The notes under the pieces are model-generated. The model ran no database searches. It had not been told where the DNA came from and saw only the letters and a program-made list of their open reading frames with translations. A stretch of 46,101 nucleotides of DNA from Myxococcota bacterium (GTDB lineage Bacteria; Myxococcota_C; UBA6777), in contig JAKLKB010000039.1 in the NCBI GenBank assembly GCA_023150835.1, positions 1 through 46,101 of the forward strand, written 5' to 3'. The translations under genes and the position numbers were made by a program. Below, piece after piece: positions 18,129-24,894 of this stretch. The stretch's first letter is position 1. The number at the start of each line of letters is the position of its first letter.

Positions 18129-19693
18129 TGCTGTTTGAACGCGAAACCCCCAAAACGCCCTTTGGCAGCGCTCCGCGCAACGAACAACACACCGTCCACA
18201 TCAAAGGACGCCCGGGCGCCCTCGAGATCCTTCTCGACGAAGAAGCTCCCCTCACTTCGCTCCTGCGCGATCTCCAAGCCCTGCTGTCCCAAAATCAAAC
18301 CATGATCCACGGCGTCGCTGTCCGGCTCAACTTTGGGGAACGCCCCATCGATCGACTCCAACTCTCCGAGATCAAACGCCTCCTCGAACGCTTTGAGATC
18401 CGACTCCAACGCGTCGACCTCGCACCCTCCGCTCTTGAAGACTTCCTCGAAGAAGCCTTCGGACTCCCCATCCATATCAAGTCACAACACCAGATCATCC
18501 AAGCTGCTTCACCACTTCCTGCTCTTTCTCCTTCCTTTCAAGAAGAATCCTTGCCACCCATGCAGACCGATATCTTGGATTCCTCCACATACACCCCCAC
18601 CCACGCTCACCCCCACCACCACGAACCCTCTCGCTACGTACGCCACGACGCCTCCCAAACATCCCACGAACACGCTTCTCCTTCGCAACTCCCCCAACAT
18701 CCGCGATATTCGAGACACCCGCAAACCACGCAACACCCGACTCATCCGCAAACCACGCAATACCCGACTCATCCGCAAACCACGCAATACCCGACTCATC
18801 CGCAAACCACGCAACCTCCGCCACACGCTCGCTCGATCTCATCGACCCCCACACCACAAGGACACAAGCACCACACTCCCGCCCCCACACCACAAGGACA
18901 CAAGCACCACACTCCCGCCCCCACACTACATGCCTACTCCCCCGCTGTCGCCTCCAACCCCACCGCAGACTATCCCGCACATCGGCCTACGGCAACACCT
19001 TCTCATCCTCACTCACGTTCTGCGCAACATCCCGCGAATCCGACATTTCCGCATCCTTCCGAGCCTGCACACACGCCGCAGAACAGTCCCCCTTCGCGGC
19101 GCGCCTCGCTCTCCGAACGCCTTGCCCCCAAACAACCTGCTTACGAACCTGCCTCTCCCAACGCTCGCCGTGACACCGCCCCCTACGAAGAAGATCGCGA
19201 TCTCGACGGCCTCCCCGATACCTTGATGCCCTTCGCCTCCAACCTCACAGAAACCACCCACGAAGACAACAACCGCAACCATTCGCTCCACGCAGAGATC
19301 GACACTTCTTCGTCAGCAGGACGACAAGTCCACCGAATTATGCGTACATGCCGCGCAGGAACTCGTCTTGATCTAGAAGGCGATGTCTGGGTGTTTGGAG
19401 ATGTGAATCCGGGCGCAGAGATCCGAGCAACGGGCGATATCATCATCTTTGGAAGTCTGCGCGGCATCGCCCACGCAGGCTCCGAAGGCAACGACAACGC
19501 GATCATCGCCGCCTTCGAACTGAACCCCATGCAGCTTCGCCTCGGCAACCAGATCGCTGTCTCCCCCCCTGCTGACGGACGCAACAAACAGCGCGTCGAC
19601 ACCGAAGTGGCTTTCCTCAACCAACACCACCAGATCGAAGTCAAGAACTATCAAGGCAAATTCCCCCACGAAGTCCCCAAACCCCACCCCTGA
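18128..19693 (+). CDS. minC: Septum site-determining protein MinC with a very long His/Pro/Thr-rich linker
   Basis: N-domain VHIKGRPGALEILLD; C-terminal beta-helix RTCRAGTRL..GDVWVFGDVNPGAEIRATGDIIIFGSLRGIAHAG..PMQLRLG; ATG overlaps the acylase stop (TGATG). Confidence 0.88.
   Translation: MLFERETPKTPFGSAPRNEQHTVHIKGRPGALEILLDEEAPLTSLLRDLQALLSQNQTMIHGVAVRLNFGERPIDRLQLSEIKRLLERFEIRLQRVDLAPSALEDFLEEAFGLPIHIKSQHQIIQAASPLPALSPSFQEESLPPMQTDILDSSTYTPTHAHPHHHEPSRYVRHDASQTSHEHASPSQLPQHPRYSRHPQTTQHPTHPQTTQYPTHPQTTQYPTHPQTTQPPPHARSISSTPTPQGHKHHTPAPTPQGHKHHTPAPTLHAYSPAVASNPTADYPAHRPTATPSHPHSRSAQHPANPTFPHPSEPAHTPQNSPPSRRASLSERLAPKQPAYEPASPNARRDTAPYEEDRDLDGLPDTLMPFASNLTETTHEDNNRNHSLHAEIDTSSSAGRQVHRIMRTCRAGTRLDLEGDVWVFGDVNPGAEIRATGDIIIFGSLRGIAHAGSEGNDNAIIAAFELNPMQLRLGNQIAVSPPADGRNKQRVDTEVAFLNQHHQIEVKNYQGKFPHEVPKPHP
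18716..18926 (+). repeat. Coding tandem repeats in the minC linker (27 bp x ~4, HPQTTQYPT; 36 bp x 2, PTPQGHKHHTPA)
   Basis: catccgcaaaccacgcaatacccgact repeats and cccacaccacaaggacacaagcaccacactcccgcc x2. Confidence 0.9.
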
Positions 19694-19760
19694 CGAAAGC
19701 CCGCACGAATTGATCAAGGCGTGGGTGTTTCCCACGAAGTCCCCAAACCCCACCCCTGAC
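19665..19760 (+). repeat. 30-bp direct repeat of the minC 3' end, including the stop codon
   Basis: cccacgaagtccccaaaccccacccctgac at 19665-19694 and 19731-19760. Confidence 0.88.
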
Positions 19761-19789
19761 CCCGCTCCGTACCGCTGAGACTGCCCCTG

Positions 19790-20077
19790 TCACTTTTTGA
19801 AAAGCGCCTCCAGACGCTTCTTCGCTTCGGCTGCCTTATCAAACTCTGGCGCTTTGCGGTCTTTGTCGAACGTAAATTGACCACAAAAATTCGCCTTCTC
19901 TCGATCACGAATAAAGTCACCCACACCTTCGCGGCACAACGAAGCGTTATCGTCCCAAAAACGGCAGTTTTTACAACAGCGTAAGTCCGCTCCACAATGC
20001 ACGCAGGTATCGCGTCGCTGTAAAAAGCGCACCTCATCCTCAGGAAGTTCTTTTTTGCATTTATAACAGAACAACAT
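19790..20077 (-). CDS. Small conserved hypothetical Cys-rich (Zn-finger-like) protein
   Basis: CYKC, CVHC, CCKNC, C, NFC pattern with a helical ..AKKRLEALFKK tail; GAGGAG RBS before ATG 20077. Confidence 0.75.
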   Translation of the reverse strand: MLFCYKCKKELPEDEVRFLQRRDTCVHCGADLRCCKNCRFWDDNASLCREGVGDFIRDREKANFCGQFTFDKDRKAPEFDKAAEAKKRLEALFKK

Positions 20078-20225
20078 GTGTTCTCTCCTCATGGTTTGAT
20101 TCTTTTTTTGCGCTGTATCCGTACTTTCTGCAACACACAAAACCATACTTCGCGCCTTGTCTGTGTGCAAAAGCCACCCTTTCTACGCAAAGAGGCGCGC
20201 ATCATAACCAAGTACTCGCCTTGCT

Positions 20226-21908
20226 TCAAGCAAAATCCTGCGCCTCGATCCCATAACGCTTGATCTTCTCCCAAAGATTCTTGCGATCCATCCCTGACAC
20301 CCGCGCTGCTTGCGAAAGATTCCCTCGACAAGCCCGCAAGATCCGCGTCAGGTAATCCCGCTCAAAATGCTCCACCATCCGCGACTTTGCCTCTCGAAAA
20401 GGCAAGATCCTTCCGCCACCGACGATCTCTTGTTTTTCCCACAGATCCGCCCCTATCGATCCGTCCATCTCTTTGGTTCCTACCGTCGACAACGAGACCC
20501 CCACCCGACTTTTCGAGGATTCTGCCAACCCCAAAGACAAAGTATCTTCCTTTTCCGTCGGAAACATCGATCCTATCGGACCAACCAACCCCTGCTGCGC
20601 AACGTACGCCTCTTCCTTGATCCCTGATGGCAAGGGAGTTAACACCGAAACCACACGACCCGATGAAGCCGATGAATAGGACGATACAGGAGCGGGCGAA
20701 GGATGCCCACCCAACGGAGCCGACACCAACCCCATCCCGTATGCTCGCGCTTCGGGCCAATGGATCGCCTCCGCACGGATGGTATCTTCTTCGCTCATCA
20801 CCACCAACTGCATGATCTTATTTTCCAATTCGCGGATATTCCCCGGCCAATCATATCGCTGCAATCGCTGCATCGCTTGGGCCTCGATCTGCACACCTGT
20901 CCGCCCTGTTTCCTTGATCGCACGCCGCAAAAAATACCTCACCAACAACGGGATATCCTCTCGGCGCTCCCGCAACGACGGCAGCCTGATCGGGATGATA
21001 TTCAAGCGATAATACAGATCCTCTCGAAATCGACCTGCTCTCGTCTCCATCAACAGATCCCGATTCGTCGCTGAAATAAACCGAACATCCGCCCTCTGCG
21101 TCTGCACGCTCCCCAGCGGTTTATACTCTTTCTGTTGTAAAAATCGCAAAAGCTTGACTTGTACCCCCAACGAGATCTCCCCAATCTCATCCAAAAACAA
21201 CGTCCCCCGATCCGCCTCTTTCACCAAACCATCGTGATCTCTCGACGCATCCGTAAACGCCCCCTTCTTGTAACCGAAAAGCTCGCTCTCCAACAACTGC
21301 TCCGGCAAAGCACCACAGTTCACCGTCACCATCGAAGCCCGCGCACTCAACGCATGAATCGCCTGCGCGATCAGCTCTTTCCCTGTCCCCGACTCTCCGT
21401 AGATCACCACCGAAGCGTCTGTCTTCGCGATCGAAGGCAACTTCTTCAAAATATCCATCAACCGAGGTGATTGACCGATGATGTGGCTGAGTTCCTTGCG
21501 CTGCCCCAACTCCCGCCGTAGCTGCGAGTTCTCTTCGGCCAACTGATGCGTCCCCAACACCGTCCGCAAACGATGCAACAACACCTCCTTGTGGACGGGC
21601 TTGGGGATATAATCCACCGCCCCCGCCTTCAGAAAATGCACCGCGCTATCAATGCTTCCGTGCGATGTCATCACGATCACAGGAAGATCAGGCATCCGCT
21701 CACGCAACGCTTCCAACAGCGCTTCCCCACCCATCAACGGCATCATCACGTCCGATAACACAAGGTGGATCGCATCCTGATCCCGCTCCAACACTTCCAA
21801 CGCTTCTTGCCCATTTGACGCAAAACACACCTCCCAACCCGCTCTTTGGCACATCACCTCGATCACCCGCTGCGTATAGCGATCGTCGTCTACCACCAAG
21901 ATCCGCAT
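20226..21908 (-). CDS. Sigma-54-dependent response regulator (NtrC family: REC - AAA+ - Fis HTH)
   Basis: ILVVDDD, SDVMMP, YIPKP; GESGTGKEL, ESELFG, GAFTDA, LFLDEIGE, FREDLYYRL, WPGNIRELEN; HTH GNLSQAARVSGMDRKNLWEK; AAGGAG RBS. Confidence 0.95.
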   Translation of the reverse strand: MRILVVDDDRYTQRVIEVMCQRAGWEVCFASNGQEALEVLERDQDAIHLVLSDVMMPLMGGEALLEALRERMPDLPVIVMTSHGSIDSAVHFLKAGAVDYIPKPVHKEVLLHRLRTVLGTHQLAEENSQLRRELGQRKELSHIIGQSPRLMDILKKLPSIAKTDASVVIYGESGTGKELIAQAIHALSARASMVTVNCGALPEQLLESELFGYKKGAFTDASRDHDGLVKEADRGTLFLDEIGEISLGVQVKLLRFLQQKEYKPLGSVQTQRADVRFISATNRDLLMETRAGRFREDLYYRLNIIPIRLPSLRERREDIPLLVRYFLRRAIKETGRTGVQIEAQAMQRLQRYDWPGNIRELENKIMQLVVMSEEDTIRAEAIHWPEARAYGMGLVSAPLGGHPSPAPVSSYSSASSGRVVSVLTPLPSGIKEEAYVAQQGLVGPIGSMFPTEKEDTLSLGLAESSKSRVGVSLSTVGTKEMDGSIGADLWEKQEIVGGGRILPFREAKSRMVEHFERDYLTRILRACRGNLSQAARVSGMDRKNLWEKIKRYGIEAQDFA

Positions 21909-22030
21909 CTCTCTCTCCTTTCGCCTCGATCCACCCTTATCTTCGCTCCCTTCCACACAAGGGCGCGACCGTGTGCTTGGTCATTGTCTCTCCTTTCACC
22001 TCGATCCATCCTCGCCTTCGCTCCCTACAA
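21909..22030 (-). repeat. Diverged ~45-bp duplication of the regulator's RBS region
   Basis: tctctcctttcgcctcgatccacccttatcttcgctccct vs tctctcctttcacctcgatccatcctcgccttcgctccct. Confidence 0.75.
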
Positions 22031-22051
22031 AACGCCCTGTCTCTTTTTCCT

Positions 22052-22327
22052 GTGGTATATACACCACGATAGCGAGGTAAAACAACCACCCACCCTCAAG
22101 CTCCGCTCAACTTGTTCTTTTCCCCACAAAAAAAGCTTGCCTTCATCCCCGAAAAATCAAGCATCCTCGACTTTTTTCCTCCACACACACCTCGTCTTAC
22201 TCTTCCCGCCCAACGCCAACACACCACCCAGTCCCTTCAAAACACGGGCTTTCATCTGTGGTAAAAAAACCATACCGCCCTCCAAAAAAGCTCCCACCTC
22301 CGCCGTCATCGTGGGGTTCCTTTTCAC
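22052..22327. promoter_or_regulatory. Putative bEBP upstream activator sequences, GTGG-N8-CCAC
   Basis: gtggtatatacaccac 22052-22067; gaggtaaaacaaccac 22074-22089 (22 bp later); gtggtaaaaaaaccat 22258-22273; weaker sites at 22112-22127 and 22311-22327. Confidence 0.6.
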
Positions 22328-22329
22328 CT

Positions 22330-22397
22330 GTAAAAAATATTTTATAAAACAAATACAATGACTTAAAAAGTAGAACCGTTTTGGGAACAGATCATGC
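22330..22397 (+). promoter_or_regulatory. IHF-like site plus sigma-54 (-24/-12) promoter
   Basis: A/T tract then CAA-TGAC-TTA (22356-22365); GG(22384-85)-AACAGATCAT-GC(22396-97), i.e. GG-N10-GC spacing; predicted +1 about 22409. Confidence 0.6.
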
Positions 22398-22408
22398 CCA
22401 ACACGCAA

Positions 22409-22711
22409 ACGTCCACAAGAAGATGACCCCCTCTTCACTCCATCTTCTCGCAGACGTGGGCGGACAAACCGCGCTTGCCACTATGAACGTTCCCCTCCGT
22501 TCGAGCAAGTCTCGTGTTTGTCGCAAATGAGCCGCTTTCTCAGACCCTACTTCTGATCGAGCGTCCACTCATCTTCGCCCCTGGTTCGTTGTCTCATTTT
22601 TTACGGGCTCCCCCTCTCCCGTCCGATGAACAATCACGAACCAGATCAACAAAGCCGTTGTGTAGCAAGTGTGTTCCCCTCACCACTTCCTATCCACAGC
22701 GGCTTTTTTTT
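22409..22711 (+). ncRNA. Candidate sigma-54-dependent sRNA of five tandem hairpins with CCC(C)U loops
   Basis: Hairpins at 22409-22457, 22463-22522, 22527-22572, 22581-22644 and 22651-22706, then T8; the first hairpin starts at the predicted +1; no RBS-bearing ORF inside. Confidence 0.65.
22651..22711 (+). terminator. Intrinsic terminator-like hairpin
   Basis: aaagccg...cggcttt stem followed by a run of 8 T (22704-22711). Confidence 0.65.
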
Positions 22712-22885
22712 ATCCTCGCCACCCCCAAAACAAGCCTTCACACGCCACACGCCACCAAATCTCCCCCATCCTCGCCCCCTTCGACAGCCTTGATCTTGCC
22801 GCAAGGCTTTGTTAGCCTACCCAAGCGGCTCAATACAATGCTCCGCCTCTCTTGCCTACAAAAGAAAGAATCCTGCGAGGTAAGT

Positions 22886-23755
22886 ATGCGATTTCTTGCT
22901 TTTCCCCTGTTTGTCTTTTTTTTGACGCTTCCTCTGTTTGCCCAAGCAGAGACGCCCACCCAGACCGCCACCAACACCGACAACACCGTCGCAGAGATCC
23001 CCTGCACCCAAGTCCTACAAACCTACCAAGACGCACTCTCCCAAATCGAACGCTGGCTCGCCCCACGCAGTACATGGCCGCGCAACCTTTCTGCCTTGCG
23101 CCGTGTCGAAAAAGAATTTCCTTCCTGTTTTGCTTCGCGCTCTGGTCTTTCTCTGATCGAACGCCGCAAAAAAGTCGAACTCCGTGTCCGCCAAGATGCC
23201 GAGCAAACCAAGCTGAAAAAGCTGCCTAAAAAAGACCAAGAGGCCAAAGAAGCCGCCAAACACGGATACCGCTCCGCGATGGAGATGAACCTTAAACGCA
23301 GTCGGTTTTGGTGGAGCGTTGAGCTTGGCGCGTATCTGCATTTTTATATGCCGATGGGCCAGATCAATCAACTTCCCCAAGGTATCCGCCCCTTTAACTT
23401 CACAGGGTTTTTGTTAGGCGGACGTTGGGGATACGCAGGCAACGGCTTTTTGATCACAGGAGATCTCTTTTATGCCACAGGCGCTGAGAGCTTTATGCTC
23501 CAATTTGGCGCGACTTTCGGATACATGTTTAACCCTTACTTTACCCTTGAAGCAGGAACAGGTCTGAATGTGATCGGCGCACAAGGACTCGATAGCCCGG
23601 GCATCCATGTTCCCTTTGAAGTGGGGATGACCTTGCGCTTTAACTTCCGCACCACCAGCCTTGGTGTGCGATTTGTCAATAGCCTTGCATACGATCTCGA
23701 ACGCAACGCCTTCGCCACCAGCGTACGCATCAACCTTGTGGTCAGCAGCCTCTAA
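22886..23755 (+). CDS. Exported hypothetical protein: Cys-pair helical domain plus small beta-barrel-like domain (paralogue 1)
   Basis: Signal peptide MRFLAFPLFVFFLTLPLFAQA; GAGG RBS; C...PSCFAS; FWWSVELG; amphipathic strands to the C-terminus. Confidence 0.65.
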   Translation: MRFLAFPLFVFFLTLPLFAQAETPTQTATNTDNTVAEIPCTQVLQTYQDALSQIERWLAPRSTWPRNLSALRRVEKEFPSCFASRSGLSLIERRKKVELRVRQDAEQTKLKKLPKKDQEAKEAAKHGYRSAMEMNLKRSRFWWSVELGAYLHFYMPMGQINQLPQGIRPFNFTGFLLGGRWGYAGNGFLITGDLFYATGAESFMLQFGATFGYMFNPYFTLEAGTGLNVIGAQGLDSPGIHVPFEVGMTLRFNFRTTSLGVRFVNSLAYDLERNAFATSVRINLVVSSL

Positions 23756-23824
23756 CCCCCACATCTGCCCAACCCGACGAGCATTTGGCGGTTCCTTGCT
23801 GCTTCACTCCAACCCGACGCCTCA

Positions 23825-23936
23825 CACGAGATCCGCAGGGCGTGTGATCGCAAAGCGTAGGGGCAGACAGGTGTGGCTGCCCAACAATCGGGTGTCTACG
23901 CACTCTCCTACGGGAACACTTCACACGGATATCGTA
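23825..23936. mobile_element. MITE-like family A copy (112 bp) with TCA target-site duplication
   Basis: TCA|cacgagatccg ... cggatatcgta|TCA. Confidence 0.8.
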
Positions 23937-23978
23937 TCACAACCCCCCAAAGACCGCAGATCCATAGGAGCGCAGACT

Positions 23979-24890
23979 TTGCAAAAGAACCCATCCGCTC
24001 CAATCCATCCAACCCACCGCCTTCTTCAACAACGTACACGACAAGTAACCTTGTTTTTTTGCGGGCTCTTGGGCGGAATGCTCTTTCACTCCTTTCCTTG
24101 CCAAGCGATCCCCGATCCCTACCGCGAGCCCGATGTTTACTGCCTTTTGTTGTTGCAGCACTACAAAACCTTGCTTGGCGCGCTCGCCAACGAACGCAAG
24201 ACCGATCCCCGCGCTCCTACCGATCGTTACGAAGCACAACTCGCCGCCACCTATCAAAGAAGACCCGCTTGTTTTGCCTACAGCGCAGGGCAAGATCTGC
24301 TTCAGATCCGAGACCTTCTGCTTCGACGCCCCCCTCAAAACAAGCCACCCCTTACTCCCCCTTCTTTTCGTGCGGATCATCCTCCGCCCCCCGTTCGGTT
24401 GTGGTGGAGCTTAGAAACAGGCCCGTTGAGCGCAGCCTACGACCCCTCCACACAAAGCGGAGGCCCGGGAACGCTCCCTGTCGCTCTGTCCGTTTGGGGA
24501 ATTGGCGGGCGTGTGGGCTTTCAAGCCTACGGCTTTTTTCTAACAGGCGATCTGATGTTTGGCATCGGAGATGCTCACTACGGGCAGTCCCTCTTTTACC
24601 AAGTTTCCGAGATCGACGCATGGATGGTCAAAGCCAGCGCAACAGCGGGGGGCTTTTTGGGATCGTTTATGTTGAGCGTAGGGATCGGGATCTTGTACAC
24701 ACAGATGCACGATCAACGCACACAGATCGAGGCGTTGTATGTCCCCCTCGAAGTGGGTTTGGGGATGCGCATCCCCTTCGGTCAATATGCCCTCGATCTT
24801 CGCATGATCGCCATGATCGCTTTTGATGGCGGCGACAAAAAAGGCACGCTTTCAGGTGCGCAATTCGTCCTGTCTTTTGGCTCCCGCTAA
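23979..24890 (+). CDS. Exported hypothetical protein, paralogue 2 of 22886-23755
   Basis: TTG start after AGGAG; C...PACFAYS; LWWSLETG; GGRVGF..GFFLTGDL; YVPLEVGLG, all matching paralogue 1. Confidence 0.62.
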   Translation: MQKNPSAPIHPTHRLLQQRTRQVTLFFCGLLGGMLFHSFPCQAIPDPYREPDVYCLLLLQHYKTLLGALANERKTDPRAPTDRYEAQLAATYQRRPACFAYSAGQDLLQIRDLLLRRPPQNKPPLTPPSFRADHPPPPVRLWWSLETGPLSAAYDPSTQSGGPGTLPVALSVWGIGGRVGFQAYGFFLTGDLMFGIGDAHYGQSLFYQVSEIDAWMVKASATAGGFLGSFMLSVGIGILYTQMHDQRTQIEALYVPLEVGLGMRIPFGQYALDLRMIAMIAFDGGDKKGTLSGAQFVLSFGSR

Positions 24891-24894
24891 GTCC

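Noticed and set aside
16148-18138. Long alternative-frame ORFs (16148-17428, 16732-18138; also 1543-2487, 25420-26667, 28802-29905, 38744-39769)
   Set aside because: They overlap well-supported genes, lack motifs, and are expected shadows of biased codon usage.
19665-19760. attL/attR of an integrated element at the minC 3' end
   Set aside because: Only 36 bp separate the repeats and there is no integrase; similarity extends upstream (atcaaggc), which fits a simple tandem duplication.
22484-22531. 15-codon ORF inside the candidate sRNA
   Set aside because: No Shine-Dalgarno sequence, and the start is buried in hairpin 2.
22690-22699. DnaA-box-like ctatccaca
   Set aside because: A single mismatched copy lying within hairpin 5, with no origin context.
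22409-22711. CsrB/RsmY-like RNA on the minus strand (loops would read GGGGA), or a CRISPR array
   Set aside because: Promoter and U-tract both point to the + strand. The stems differ in sequence, so there is no repeat-spacer structure, and no cas genes are present. The minus-strand reading is disfavoured but not excluded.
22514-22885. N-terminal extension of ORF 22514-23755 over hairpins 3-5
   Set aside because: A clear signal peptide and GAGG RBS start at ATG 22886; the extension crosses a terminator-like hairpin and has no protein-like features.
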